Shown: positions 26,136 to 37,020, numbered from the stretch's first letter. The stretch: DNA of 64,000 nucleotides from Candidatus Krumholzibacteriales bacterium (GCA_046483305.1 JAWODM010000062.1:23332-87331), one strand, 5' to 3'. A program made the numbers and translations. Notes: a model not told the origin generated them from the letters alone.

Positions 26136-28709
26136 TCAATTCTCTTCTTCAAGTTTTTGAAGTTGGACGAGTATATTAAGCGCTTCCAGCGGAGTTATCC
26201 TTTTGACATCGGTGTCCCGGATAATTCTGCGGATTTTATCTTCCGAAGGGAACAGAACGGCCTGTTTCCTGTTTTCAGCATTCACTGTTTCTCCGGAATC
26301 CAGCGGGTTTCCGGAAGAGAGAATCTCTCTGGCCCTCTCTATAACTTCCAACGGAAGCCCAGCCAGTTTTGCAACATGTATACCGTAACTCCGGTCGCTC
26401 TTTCCGTCCAGGAGCTTATACAGGAATATTATCCGGTCATTCCACTCCCTGGTGGCAACCCTCATGTTCTTGATGCGCGGGTACTTATTGGAGAGTGAGG
26501 TCAACTTGTGGTAATGGGTGGCGAATAGAGTTTTTGGATTCCTGCCCTTCTTTGAAACCAGGAATTCGGTTACCGCCTGTGCCAGTGCGAGTCCGTCGCT
26601 GGTGCTGGTCCCTCTGCCTATTTCGTCAAGGAGAACCAGGCTTTTGTAAGTGCAGTTGTGGAGGATATTCGCCGTTTCGGTCATCTCCACCAGGAAGGTA
26701 CTCTGGCCCCTTGCCAGGTTGTCGCTGGATCCCACCCGGGTAAATATCCTGTCCATTGTCCCGATTTCGGCACGGGAGGCCGGAACATAGCTTCCAATAT
26801 GGGCAAGGATCGAAATAAGAGCCGTCTGCCTGATAATAGTTGATTTGCCGCCCATATTAGGTCCGGTAATGATCAGTATCTGCTGCCGCGAGGGTATAAG
26901 TTTGATATCATTCGGAATAAAGGGCTTATCCGAAATTATTTCCACTACCGGATGTCTTCCGTCCCTTATGATCAATCTTTCGGAATCATCTATCAGCGGC
27001 CGGGTATAGTCACGCTCCAGAGCCAGGTGTGCCAGCGATGATATGAGGTCCAGGACCGCTACCGCGTCGGCTACTTCCTGAAGCCGCCTGCTGGTCTCGG
27101 CTATCCTGCTGCATATCTCCTGGTATATCTTCTTCTCGTACTCGATCCTCCTGGCCTCAGCGGAGAGAACCTCGTTTTCCTTCTCCTTGAGGGCTCTGGT
27201 GACATATCTTCTGGAGGAGACCAGGGTCTGCTTTTCTATGTAATCTTCCGGGATCTTATCCTCATGGGTTCTTGAGACCTCTATGTAATACCCGAATACC
27301 TTGTTGAAACCGACCTTGAGGGTCGATATACCGGTTCTTTTTCTCTCGGTGTCCTGAAGCCGGGCTATCCAGGCCTTTCCCTCTTCGGCCCTCTCTATCA
27401 GAGAATCCAGGCTGCTGTCGTAACCTTTTCTGATTACTCCCCCGTCCCGGAGATTAACCGAGCAGTCCTCTCGTATTCCGGACTCGATTATCTCCATTGC
27501 CCTTACCGGTCCCCTAAGTTTCCTGCTCCTGTCAGAAATTATGCCTCTATCCGCGTTTGAAACAGCTCCGGCTATATCCTCGAGCCTGCGAAGCGCCTGC
27601 ATAAGCTGGAGCAGTTCCCTGGGAAGTACCCTGGCGGTGGATATCCTTGATACGATTCTTTCAATATCCGGAAATCCCTTGAGGGATTCTCTCAGTTTCC
27701 GGAGCATGCTCTGGTCCCTGGTGAATTGAGTAACCCCGTCCAACCTTTTATTTATCAGCTCAATATCCCGGGATGGGCTTCTCAGCCATTCCCTGAGCAT
27801 CCTGCCCCCCGCCGCAGTCATAGTATAATCTATGTGATTGATCAGGGGGACGTCAGGAGAATCTCCCCTTATCGGTTCGAACAGTTCCAGGTTTCTTACA
27901 GTTTCCCGGTCCAGAAACAGTTTGTCGTCAGACCTCAATATACGTATCTCGTTAATATGATTGAGTTTCTCACGCCTCAAGGATTTGACGTGATTCAGAA
28001 GCGCCCCGGCGGCGGCGACGGCCAGAGGTTTGTCTCCCAGTCCGAACCCGGCCAGGCTGTCCGTGTTGAAGTGATCGGTCAGCGATTCCTCTGCCTTCTG
28101 ATAACTAAAACTGCAGGGATCGCTGTCTGAAAGTGTACATCCGGGATTACCCATGAAGATCTTCCTGCCCGCCCACTCGAAGTTGTCCGGGTAGATCGCT
28201 TCCCTTACGTTGGTTACCGAAAGAATATTTTCCATGTAATCAGCCCTGTCCTGCCCGGCCAGAAACTCGCCGGTCGAGATATCCATCAGTGCCGCCCCAA
28301 CCATTCTGTCATCACCGGTCAGTGCTGCTATGTAGTTCTTCTCCTTGCTTTTAAGAGTTGAAGGAGAAAGTGATGTCCCGGGAGTAATGATATCGGTCAC
28401 CTCTCTTCTCACCAGCCCCTTTGACTGGGACGCATCTTCGACCTGATCGCATATCACTACTTTTTGCCCGGCGTTAAGCAGCTTTGCTATGTAAGGATCT
28501 TTTGCGTGGATAGGCACACCGGCAAGAGGAACCGGATTCTTCTTGTCCCTGGAAGTAAGGGCGATGTTCAGAATTTCTGATACTGCCTCAGCATCTTCAT
28601 AGAATGTTTCATAGAAATCCCCTACCTGGAAAAACAGTATACCGTCGCTGTACTGCTTTTTCAGTTTGTGATATTGAGCCATCAGCGGTGTTAAGTGCTT
28701 GGTAGACAT
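26136..28709 (-). CDS. mutS: DNA mismatch repair protein MutS
   Basis: TPLMAQY, GDFYETF, TGPNMGGKST, STFLVEM, DEIGRGTS, SYGIHVAKLAG. Confidence 0.98.
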   Translation of the reverse strand: MSTKHLTPLMAQYHKLKKQYSDGILFFQVGDFYETFYEDAEAVSEILNIALTSRDKKNPVPLAGVPIHAKDPYIAKLLNAGQKVVICDQVEDASQSKGLVRREVTDIITPGTSLSPSTLKSKEKNYIAALTGDDRMVGAALMDISTGEFLAGQDRADYMENILSVTNVREAIYPDNFEWAGRKIFMGNPGCTLSDSDPCSFSYQKAEESLTDHFNTDSLAGFGLGDKPLAVAAAGALLNHVKSLRREKLNHINEIRILRSDDKLFLDRETVRNLELFEPIRGDSPDVPLINHIDYTMTAAGGRMLREWLRSPSRDIELINKRLDGVTQFTRDQSMLRKLRESLKGFPDIERIVSRISTARVLPRELLQLMQALRRLEDIAGAVSNADRGIISDRSRKLRGPVRAMEIIESGIREDCSVNLRDGGVIRKGYDSSLDSLIERAEEGKAWIARLQDTERKRTGISTLKVGFNKVFGYYIEVSRTHEDKIPEDYIEKQTLVSSRRYVTRALKEKENEVLSAEARRIEYEKKIYQEICSRIAETSRRLQEVADAVAVLDLISSLAHLALERDYTRPLIDDSERLIIRDGRHPVVEIISDKPFIPNDIKLIPSRQQILIITGPNMGGKSTIIRQTALISILAHIGSYVPASRAEIGTMDRIFTRVGSSDNLARGQSTFLVEMTETANILHNCTYKSLVLLDEIGRGTSTSDGLALAQAVTEFLVSKKGRNPKTLFATHYHKLTSLSNKYPRIKNMRVATREWNDRIIFLYKLLDGKSDRSYGIHVAKLAGLPLEVIERAREILSSGNPLDSGETVNAENRKQAVLFPSEDKIRRIIRDTDVKRITPLEALNILVQLQKLEEEN

Positions 28710-28710
28710 A

Positions 28711-29739
28711 TCAGTGAATTGTTAAAACCCTGCTCTTGTATCCGTATTTCCTCTCGGCTGTTACTGAATCTCTCTCCGCTTTTCTTCTCTGTCCATACCG
28801 TCCGGAACGAACTCTGAATATCTCGCTTCCGGAATCGGAAAAAGCATTCTCAATCCTTGTTTCCGGGAATATTCCGGATATTGCCCGGTAAAGTTTTTCG
28901 GCATTTGCCTTTTCCTGGAAAGCCCCGAACTGCAGGGTGAAAAAGGGATCGGTTCCGGTTGTTTCCGGTTCTCTTGTACGTTCGTTCCCCGAGTGATTCC
29001 GGCCCGCGTCAGGGCGGAGATTGCTGGTCCTGGCCTTCGCTTTGGGCGCTTCCAGGGAATGGGGATAGTTGTTGATAAGGGAGTTGTAGGCTTTTAGCGC
29101 TTTTCCGTTATCTCCCAGTATTTCGTAGCAGACGCCCAGTTTGAATATGGCCACCGGGTTTGAGTGAATACCTCCTATCGCTTCATATCTTTCTGCTGCG
29201 CCGGTATAATTTCCTGTCTGCATATCCAGTTCAGCCAGTTCCATATAGGCCGGGTAAAGATATTTGCCTCTGTCTATCAGCTTAAAGTCCTCACGGGCGC
29301 GGTATATTTCACCCAGCAGCTTATAACTCAATCCCCTGAAGAAAAGAGACTCCAGTCTTACCTTTGAATCCCTGGCATCCGGGATTACCCCGAGCAGCCC
29401 CGCGGAATCCTCATAGCGTTCGGAGGCGTAATATATCTTGGCCAGTTCCAGTCTGGCAATGGATGATACTACCCCCCCTTCAGAGACGATATCCCTGTAA
29501 ATTCCGGAAGCTCTTCCGCTGTCGGTTTCCAGGCGGGCAGACAGCAGTTTTCCCCACATGAGCTCTTTCCCCTTCAATCCCGGAATCATGGCTGCCAGCT
29601 CACTTTCGGCGTCACGGTACTCCATTTCCGCAATCTTCTGCTGAATCTTCCACAGAGCGTAAGGCATGGTAACGGCGCTGTGAAGCGGAAGCATCAGAAG
29701 CACCGCCGCTGCAACTGATTTAAGCAGATATATCTTCAT
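28711..29739 (-). CDS. Exported TPR + SPOR-domain protein
   Basis: Signal peptide, TPR-like helices, C-terminal FTLQFGAFQEKANA...RVRSG. Confidence 0.8.
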   Translation of the reverse strand: MKIYLLKSVAAAVLLMLPLHSAVTMPYALWKIQQKIAEMEYRDAESELAAMIPGLKGKELMWGKLLSARLETDSGRASGIYRDIVSEGGVVSSIARLELAKIYYASERYEDSAGLLGVIPDARDSKVRLESLFFRGLSYKLLGEIYRAREDFKLIDRGKYLYPAYMELAELDMQTGNYTGAAERYEAIGGIHSNPVAIFKLGVCYEILGDNGKALKAYNSLINNYPHSLEAPKAKARTSNLRPDAGRNHSGNERTREPETTGTDPFFTLQFGAFQEKANAEKLYRAISGIFPETRIENAFSDSGSEIFRVRSGRYGQRRKAERDSVTAERKYGYKSRVLTIH

Positions 29740-30874
29740 AATATTCCAGAAAAGTGCCTATGCCGCCGCATTTCACGCAGTAAGGCAAATCGAATTCAGT
29801 AACAGCCGAGCAGTTCTCGCATTTATACATGCGGGCAGGAGGGGCCCAGGCTGTGTATCTGTCCAGTGTTTCTGCTGCTTTAGTTGTATTACCCTTGTCA
29901 AGGTAGATGCCCGCCATTCTTATAATGAGTTTGTCATCCAGAACAAGCTGGTTGATTTCGCTTTCGAAAAAGCCAATCACCTTTTCAATTTCGCCCTTTC
30001 TCTCATAGAAAGAGGATATCGCCCTGAAGACCTCAGGATTACCCTTGTTTCTCTCGTAAAGATCAGTAAGTATGGTTTCAAGCCTTCCGAAATCCTGCTG
30101 TTCAAAAAGCATCTTCTCCATGTATTTGAGGGTAAGGGAAAGACAGGATATATCATTTCTGAGGAGGGCAATCCATTTCCCGATCGCTTTGTTATTATCT
30201 CCATCACGGTAATACGCCAGGCCGCAGGTGTACAGGGCCGGAGTATAATCCCGGTCCATGCTTATAGCTTTCTCGGAATACTCCGCTCCCTTCCCGTAGT
30301 TGCCTCTGTTCAGATAATCCGAAGCTACTGATGTAAGATAAGCTTTAATCAGCTCGTCTGAACGCGAACTCTCGAGTTTGACGAATTTGCTGAGGGCCTT
30401 ATGGGCTCTGTCGTATTCTCCGTTCAGGTGATAGAATCTGTGGAGGGCGAAGACTATTGACGGGTGGTTCTTCCATTTTCTGATATTTTCCAGGGTCGAT
30501 ATTGCCTCCTGACTTCTGTCCAGGGCCATCAAATCCCTGGAGATAGCCAGCTGGATATCTTTCTTGTTCTCTTCTGTCAGATCTCTTCTCACAGACATGC
30601 TACGGTGTATCTGAAGAGCCTTGTCAGGCTGTCCCTGGTCCCTGAGAAGGTCTCCAAGCAGTATGTAGGCCCCCACCCTTCTCTCGCCTTTTTGAACTCC
30701 CTGCTTCAGGAATACGAGGGCATTCTGTCTGTTTCCCTCTATCAGCGAATAAAGGGCTTTGATATAACCTCTCTCTTCCGGCTCTCTCTTCTTCTTTCTC
30801 TCCAGAACGATAATAAGGGCCAGAATTAACAGGGCTGCCAGAAATATTACTATTAAAATCAACCGGGTAGACAT
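29720..30874 (-). CDS. lapB: LPS assembly protein B-like (TM + TPR + rubredoxin-like metal site)
   Basis: N-terminal TM; LGDLLRDQG...ALQIH; YKCENC...CVKCG; downstream of a lapA-like gene. Confidence 0.82.
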   Translation of the reverse strand: MSTRLILIVIFLAALLILALIIVLERKKKREPEERGYIKALYSLIEGNRQNALVFLKQGVQKGERRVGAYILLGDLLRDQGQPDKALQIHRSMSVRRDLTEENKKDIQLAISRDLMALDRSQEAISTLENIRKWKNHPSIVFALHRFYHLNGEYDRAHKALSKFVKLESSRSDELIKAYLTSVASDYLNRGNYGKGAEYSEKAISMDRDYTPALYTCGLAYYRDGDNNKAIGKWIALLRNDISCLSLTLKYMEKMLFEQQDFGRLETILTDLYERNKGNPEVFRAISSFYERKGEIEKVIGFFESEINQLVLDDKLIIRMAGIYLDKGNTTKAAETLDRYTAWAPPARMYKCENCSAVTEFDLPYCVKCGGIGTFLEYYEDISA

Positions 30875-30886
30875 AATCACCTTCGC

Positions 30887-31207
30887 TTAATCCCGATCTT
30901 CAATTTCTTCTCCGATACCTTCGGCGATCGGGATGTTTCGCAGTTCGGAAATCTCTTCCATCAGTTTCTCTTTCTCCTTGTTTTTCTTTACTATTCTCAG
31001 CATTAACTGAGCTTCCCGTATCCATGCCCCCACAGCCCAGATAACCATACCGGCAATAAAGGAAAAAACAATTATTATATTGAGTTCTGCTTCAGGAAAT
31101 GTATGATTGAAAAAATAGAATGTCACCTTTGTTCCGGCGTTTTTAGTCCCCAGCCATATCAGGGCAACAGAGCCTGCGAATAGTATTATTCCTCTGATAA
31201 TCCACAA
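30887..31207 (-). CDS. lapA: LapA-family membrane protein
   Basis: Two TM segments plus coiled-coil tail ending LRNIP; directly upstream of lapB. Confidence 0.78.
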   Translation of the reverse strand: MWIIRGIILFAGSVALIWLGTKNAGTKVTFYFFNHTFPEAELNIIIVFSFIAGMVIWAVGAWIREAQLMLRIVKKNKEKEKLMEEISELRNIPIAEGIGEEIEDRD

Positions 31208-31211
31208 AACG

Positions 31212-32522
31212 TTACCTCCTGTATTTACCTGTAAAAGTGAAATTTTCCAGTTTATCCAGGGTTACATTCACGATATCCCCTTCTTTCACTTCCGCCCTGT
31301 CCAGCAGAACGTTTCTGAAATGCGGAGTTCTTCCTTTGAAGTATTGATTTTCGCCTCTTTCAACCGTTCCGTCAAGAAGGATTTTGAAACTCTTGCCCAG
31401 AAGGCCCTTCAGGATATCCAGTCTTATCTCTCTTACCAGATCGTTTAATCTCGAAAGTCTCTCCTTCTTTGTTTCGGCGCTTACACTGTCGGGAAATCTC
31501 CATGAGGAAGTCCCTTCTCGCGGTGAATATTTGAACGTAAATGCTGAATCAAATCTGGATTCGCTGACCGCTTCCAGGGTTCTTTTGAAATCATCCTCCG
31601 TCTCAGATGGAAATCCAACTATAATATCTGTGGTAACTGCAAGATCGGGTAGAATCTTCCTGGCCTGTTCCAGAAGCGAAAGGTACTGCCTTGCGGTATA
31701 TCCTCTTCGCATCAGTTTCAGTATGCGGTCACTTCCCGACTGAAGAGGGAGATGGATATGGGGGCATATACGAGGATGGTCCCTCATAAGCCTGAACAGA
31801 TCAAGGGTCACATCTCTTGGATGAGAAGTGAGAAATCTTATCCTTTCCAGATCCGTGCCTTCCAGAAGCATTTTCAGAAGCTCAGTAAAACCTTTATCCT
31901 CATACCTGTAGGCGAGAACATTCTGGCCCAGCAGGGTAATCTCTCTGCATCCGCGCCGGGCAAGCCGGCCGACTTCTTCCACTACCGCGCCGGGGTCCTT
32001 GCTGCGCAGCTTGCCCCTGAGATATGGAACAACACAATAGCTGCAGAAATTTTCGCATCCCCTGGTTATGGAAACAAACCCTGAATACCTGCTCGGATCA
32101 AAATTTTCCGCCAGGCTGTATGTTACCATGTGATCCCTGCCCGGCAGGGTGACTCCGGAATCGCGGCTGCTGATTATATCGGCCAGCTCCGTGTAATTAT
32201 CAGGGCCGCAGATAATATCTATACCCTCTACCATCTCATGCAGATCGTTCTGGAGATTCTGGGCCAGGCATCCTATTACCGCTATCCTCTTGTCCTTCAT
32301 ACTGGAGAATTTATGAATCCAGTTAATCGCCCTGTCCTCGGCATGTTTTCGTATGCTGCATCCGTTAACGATTATAATATCCGCCTCTGAAGAGTCATCC
32401 ACCGTCGTGAATCCGCGTTCTTCCAGAATGGACTGAATCACCTGGCTGTCATACATGTTCATCTGGCAGCCGAAGGTTTTAAAAAAAACTTTTTCTCTTA
32501 TTTTCTCCGCTTCAACTTTCAT
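31212..32522 (-). CDS. miaB: tRNA-i6A37 methylthiotransferase
   Basis: TFGCQMNMYDS, GCENFCSYC, LLGQNV, TSHP, TDIIVGFP, C-terminal TRAM domain. Confidence 0.93.
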   Translation of the reverse strand: MKVEAEKIREKVFFKTFGCQMNMYDSQVIQSILEERGFTTVDDSSEADIIIVNGCSIRKHAEDRAINWIHKFSSMKDKRIAVIGCLAQNLQNDLHEMVEGIDIICGPDNYTELADIISSRDSGVTLPGRDHMVTYSLAENFDPSRYSGFVSITRGCENFCSYCVVPYLRGKLRSKDPGAVVEEVGRLARRGCREITLLGQNVLAYRYEDKGFTELLKMLLEGTDLERIRFLTSHPRDVTLDLFRLMRDHPRICPHIHLPLQSGSDRILKLMRRGYTARQYLSLLEQARKILPDLAVTTDIIVGFPSETEDDFKRTLEAVSESRFDSAFTFKYSPREGTSSWRFPDSVSAETKKERLSRLNDLVREIRLDILKGLLGKSFKILLDGTVERGENQYFKGRTPHFRNVLLDRAEVKEGDIVNVTLDKLENFTFTGKYRR

Positions 32523-33876
32523 TCTTCCCCGCCTCGAAATAAGGTCTTCCGCAGACTTTGCCGGTAAGCCTGCCGTTTTCGAATCTTTCCACTCTGACTG
32601 GAACCAGCTTCCTGATAAGGCGGGGTTCAGCCTTCACCGCCACGTTACAGTAATTGCCTGTTATAGCTCTGAAGAAACCCGGTTTTTCGCCGGATTCCTC
32701 CAATATTACCGCAAGCCTGTTATTCCCGGGCTGTGATTTCAGGAATTCGAGCCTTCTTTTTTTTCCCGATTCGATGAGGGTTCTGGACCTTCTTTTCTTC
32801 TCAGCGGGGTTGATTTTTCCTCTCATTTCCGAAGCTCTGGTACCGGGACGGTCCGAATAGGAAAAAACGTGATAGTATTTAATCTGTGGCAAACTCTCCA
32901 GGAATTCGGCCGATTTTTCGAAATTCAATTTCTTTTCGCCCGGAAATCCGACTATCATGTCGGTTCCAATGCATACATCCTTGATATTACCGGAGATCAT
33001 CTCAATTTTTTCACGGTATTGAGAAGTTCTGTAACGGCGGTTCATCTTTTCCAGAATACTGTCATCGCCGCTTTGCAGTGGGATATGAAAATGAGAGGCA
33101 ATCCTTTCCGTAGAGGCCGCCAGTTCTACCAATTCCAACTCAATTTCGTTCGGTTCGATGCTGCTCAACCGTATTCGGATTCTTTCGGTCTGCTCAAGTA
33201 TCATCTTCAGGAGGCCGGCCAGATCGATGTTGAACCCTTCTCCTTCCCCGTAACGCCCGATATGAATTCCGGTAAGAATTACTTCCTGGTATCCTCCACG
33301 GACGAGATTTCTTATCTGGGTTATTACACTTTCGGGGGGTATCGACCTGTTCCTTCCCCTGGCGAAAGGTATAATACAGTAACTGCAGAAGGCGTTGCAA
33401 CCGTTCTGTATCTCAATGAAAGCGCGGGCGTGATTGGAAAACCTGTCGATAGGGAACCTGTCAGGCTCCCGGTAATTTCTTAATCTGGAATCCATGCTTT
33501 CGGCAACCCTGGTTCTGCCGGCGGCGAGCTCTGCTATCAGAAGATCGATCTTTCCCTTTCCGCTGTTTTCTATAATGTAATCCACCTCCTTCATCCTTTT
33601 CAGACGGTTCCCCGATATTTCTACCTGGCATCCGGTTACAATGATAACCGAATCGGGGCTCAGGCGCCTGGCTCTTCTTATGGCATTCCTGCACCTGGCA
33701 TCCGTTTTTCCGGTTACAGTGCAGGTATTAATAATACAGAAATCAGTTCTATGATCCGGGGTTCTGTATCGTAATCCTGACTTCTCGATTCTCTGCCTCA
33801 TACACTCGGATTCATATTGGTTGAGCTTGCAGCCCAGTGTTCTTATCGAGAATGTTTTTTCGGATGAAAGGGACAT
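32512..33876 (-). CDS. mtaB: tRNA-t6A37 methylthiotransferase
   Basis: TLGCKLNQYES, INTCTVT, GCNAFCSYC, LTGIHIG, RLSSIEP, HVFSYSDRPGT. Confidence 0.92.
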   Translation of the reverse strand: MSLSSEKTFSIRTLGCKLNQYESECMRQRIEKSGLRYRTPDHRTDFCIINTCTVTGKTDARCRNAIRRARRLSPDSVIIVTGCQVEISGNRLKRMKEVDYIIENSGKGKIDLLIAELAAGRTRVAESMDSRLRNYREPDRFPIDRFSNHARAFIEIQNGCNAFCSYCIIPFARGRNRSIPPESVITQIRNLVRGGYQEVILTGIHIGRYGEGEGFNIDLAGLLKMILEQTERIRIRLSSIEPNEIELELVELAASTERIASHFHIPLQSGDDSILEKMNRRYRTSQYREKIEMISGNIKDVCIGTDMIVGFPGEKKLNFEKSAEFLESLPQIKYYHVFSYSDRPGTRASEMRGKINPAEKKRRSRTLIESGKKRRLEFLKSQPGNNRLAVILEESGEKPGFFRAITGNYCNVAVKAEPRLIRKLVPVRVERFENGRLTGKVCGRPYFEAGKNES

Positions 33877-33901
33877 TGTTAACTAAATACGATTAATATA
33901 A

Positions 33902-33926
33902 ATGAGGGTGGAAAATCCACCCTCAT
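33902..33926 (-). terminator. Terminator hairpin downstream of rpsA
   Basis: Perfect 11-bp stem ATGAGGGTGGA/TCCACCCTCAT, followed on the minus strand by TTATATT. Confidence 0.7.
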
Positions 33927-33958
33927 AAATGCCTCGGATAATCAGTGACGTATACTGA

Positions 33959-36001
33959 TTATTTATTTTCATCGGGGGGTTCTTCCCCTTCTGCCGGGCT
34001 TTCGTCTTCAGGTTCGCTTTCTCCGGCCTCTTCTTCGACCGGCTTCGACTCAGTTTCCGGTTCGTCCTCTCCGGCCTGGCCGCTCTCATCCTTGCCGGCT
34101 GCTGCTTCGGATTCGGCTTCTTCTGCCGGTTCCCCGGCGGTTTCATCTTCGTCCTCGTAATCACCGTATTCATCGTCTGCGTCAGATTCCGGCAATGAAG
34201 TATCATCATCGTCATCTTTCCCTGATGAAGGATGCGCCTCTGCGAAGCTTTCCATCTCGGATCTGTCTCTTCCCTCAAAGTAGGCATTGACACTCAGAAC
34301 GATTTTCTTCTTCTGAGGATCCATCTTTATTACCTCCAGGGGAAGTTCATCTCCAACTTCGAAATGATTGGCCACCTTCTTGACTCCCTCGATACCCATG
34401 TGAGAGATCGGAACGAAACCTTCCACATTGTCCTTTATTTCAACCACAGCGCCGCGGTTGAGCAACCTGGTGATATTCCCCTTTGTCTCTGTGCCTACCG
34501 AGAATTCCTCGGCCAGACTGGTCCAGGGATTTTCCTGTATCTGTTTTACGCCAAGGCTGATTCTCCGCTTTTCGCTGTCTATGTTAAGGACCACCACGTC
34601 GATTCCCTGGCCCTTCTTGAGAACTTCAGACGGATGTCTTACCCTTTTCGCCCAGGACATATCAGAGATATGGACAAGGCCATCAATTCCGTCTTCTATC
34701 TCCACAAAGGCTCCAAAGTTGGTAAGATTTCTGACCTTCCCCTTGAGTTTGGTGCCCGGAGAGTATTTCTTCTCCAGGGATTTCCACGGATCAGGTTCAA
34801 GCTGCTTCAGCCCCAGGGAGATCTTTTCGTTCTCCTTGTCAATGTTCAGCACTACCGCCTCCACATTGTCTCCTATTCCAACTATGTTGGAAGGGTGTTT
34901 TACGTGGCGGGTCCAGGACATCTCGGAAATATGAATCAGTCCCTCCACTCCCTTTTCCAGCTCTACAAAAGCGCCGTAATCGGTAATAGAGACGACCTTT
35001 CCCTTGATGGTTTTGCCCACCGTGTATTTCTCTTCCACATTTTCCCAGGGATAGGGAGTAAGCTGCTTGAGGCCCAGCGAAATCCTTTCACGTTCAAGGT
35101 CAAAATCCAGTATTTTAACCTTGAGTTCATCGCCGAGTGCTACTACCTCGGACGGATGGCTGATTCTGCCCCAGGTGAGATCGGTTAGATGAAGAAGTCC
35201 ATCGATTCCGCCGAGGTCCACGAATGCGCCGAAGTCCGTAATATTCTTCACTACACCCTCGCGTACCTGCCCGACCTCAAGATCGGAAAGCAGATTCTCC
35301 TTCTTCTGTTTCCTGATCTCTTCGAGAACCACTCGTCTTGAAACAACGATATTTCTTCTTCTCTTGTTTATCTTGATGATCCTGACTTCGAGTTCCTGGC
35401 CGATCAGCTCCTCCAGGTTGGGAATCTGCCTCAGTGCGACCTGAGAACCCGGCAGGAACGCGTCCACACCCAGCAGCTTTACCATCAGGCCGCCTTTGAT
35501 TCTCCGATCCACTGTGGTGGTGACGATTTCCTTGTTTTTATAGAACTCCTTGATGTCGTCCCATGCCTTGATGAAATCTGATTTGGATTTGGACAGTACT
35601 ACCAGGCCGTCCTGGTTTTCCATCTTTTCCAGAAAAACGTCAAACTCATCACCCGTTTTTACTTCGCTGCAATTTTTAAACTGTCCTATCGGGATGGTGC
35701 CTTCGCTCTTGAATCCTATATCAAGAATCACCTCGTTGCCGGTTATCTTGTAGACCTTTCCCCTCACTATCTTGCCCTCTTTAAGGTCTACCGCCTTTAT
35801 CTCCTTGTCGAAATCGGGATCGTATTCCAGGATTTCTTCCTCCTGCTGCTTCTGCAGTTCTTCAGGGGAGACCTTTTCGAACATATCATCATCCTCGAGG
35901 TATCCAAGCTTCCCGCAACTTGCTCTGTTATCACCCTCTTTCCTTCCAGGATCGATAGCCCTGGTTTGTTCTTCTCCGGTCATGCTTACTTCGTTTTCCA
36001 T
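33959..36001 (-). CDS. rpsA: 30S ribosomal protein S1 with long acidic C-terminal tail
   Basis: Six S1 repeats (FGAFVDLGGIDGLLH, YGAFVELEKGVEGLIH and similar). Confidence 0.97.
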   Translation of the reverse strand: MENEVSMTGEEQTRAIDPGRKEGDNRASCGKLGYLEDDDMFEKVSPEELQKQQEEEILEYDPDFDKEIKAVDLKEGKIVRGKVYKITGNEVILDIGFKSEGTIPIGQFKNCSEVKTGDEFDVFLEKMENQDGLVVLSKSKSDFIKAWDDIKEFYKNKEIVTTTVDRRIKGGLMVKLLGVDAFLPGSQVALRQIPNLEELIGQELEVRIIKINKRRRNIVVSRRVVLEEIRKQKKENLLSDLEVGQVREGVVKNITDFGAFVDLGGIDGLLHLTDLTWGRISHPSEVVALGDELKVKILDFDLERERISLGLKQLTPYPWENVEEKYTVGKTIKGKVVSITDYGAFVELEKGVEGLIHISEMSWTRHVKHPSNIVGIGDNVEAVVLNIDKENEKISLGLKQLEPDPWKSLEKKYSPGTKLKGKVRNLTNFGAFVEIEDGIDGLVHISDMSWAKRVRHPSEVLKKGQGIDVVVLNIDSEKRRISLGVKQIQENPWTSLAEEFSVGTETKGNITRLLNRGAVVEIKDNVEGFVPISHMGIEGVKKVANHFEVGDELPLEVIKMDPQKKKIVLSVNAYFEGRDRSEMESFAEAHPSSGKDDDDDTSLPESDADDEYGDYEDEDETAGEPAEEAESEAAAGKDESGQAGEDEPETESKPVEEEAGESEPEDESPAEGEEPPDENK

Positions 36002-36156
36002 TAATACATCTCTCCTTCCATAGAATATTTGTTGTTAATGATAGATTTTTTCACTCTGCTCCGCAAGTGATTTCTGGCTGTCCGGTTGGTATAACAGGAG
36101 GAATGTTCAGCAGAGGATATCCCGGCAATTCAATTGACGCCTGATGAATAGTCAGA

Positions 36157-37020
36157 TCAGCAGTCTCCCGATATTTCACGGAGCTTTTTCTTGACTTCGG
36201 TAAGAACCCAGTCCGGCGTGGAAGTGCCTGTGGTAAGGCCAACTCTTTTGATGCCGGTGAACCAGGATTCTTCTATTTCATCCGCCGTCTCGATATGCCT
36301 CGAAAGAATATTGTTATCCAGGCACATGTAGTGGAGCCTCTTTGTATTGGAGCTTCCCTTCCCCCCTACCACCAGCATCAGATCGACTTTTCTCGCAATA
36401 TCCATAGTGGCCTTTCGACGTTTTGCCGTGGCCTTGCATATGGTATTGAATACTTTCAGATCGGGGATTCTGTTCCTTAGTTCGGTTATTATAGCTTCTG
36501 ATTCCCTGGCCGAAAAAGTGGTTTGAATTACCACTCCGGCTCTGGAGAGAGCGGGCAGACGCTGAGCCTCCATCAGTGAATTTATTATAAAAGGTTTTTC
36601 CCCCGCATGCCCGGAAAGGCCTTTCACTTCGGGGTGGTCCCGGTCGCCGATGATGATGATATCTCTGTTTTCCGCGGACAGAATCTTTACGTACTTCTGG
36701 CTGCGCTTTACGAACGGACAGGTGGTGTCGATCAGTTTGAGGCTTTTTTTCTTCACTTCATCGATTATGGATGGGTGTACTCCGTGGGCGCGTATAACGA
36801 AGGTGTCGCCTTCCCTTAGATCGGATAATTCTTTTACGTTCTCCACCCCCCTGGATCTCAACTGTTCTATCGCCTGAGGGTTGTGGATTATATCGCCGGC
36901 CGAATATACCCGGTTACCGCTGTTCCTGTTAAGCCCCTCTTCCAGAAGGCTCATTGCTCTCTTGACGCCAAAGCAGTATCCGGTGTAGGGAGATACCAGA
37001 ATTTCAATCTTACGTTCCAT
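36157..37020 (-). CDS. ispH: 4-hydroxy-3-methylbut-2-enyl diphosphate reductase
   Basis: GYCFGVKRA, IIHN, IRAHG, DTTCPFV, NTICKAT, SSNT, GTSTP. Confidence 0.96.
   Translation of the reverse strand: MERKIEILVSPYTGYCFGVKRAMSLLEEGLNRNSGNRVYSAGDIIHNPQAIEQLRSRGVENVKELSDLREGDTFVIRAHGVHPSIIDEVKKKSLKLIDTTCPFVKRSQKYVKILSAENRDIIIIGDRDHPEVKGLSGHAGEKPFIINSLMEAQRLPALSRAGVVIQTTFSARESEAIITELRNRIPDLKVFNTICKATAKRRKATMDIARKVDLMLVVGGKGSSNTKRLHYMCLDNNILSRHIETADEIEESWFTGIKRVGLTTGTSTPDWVLTEVKKKLREISGDC

Noticed and set aside
33883..35188. Alternative-frame and antisense ORFs over rpsA, and similar ones over hslU, secA and the permease (62616-63728)
   Set aside because: Shadow ORFs of well-supported genes, with no motifs or SD
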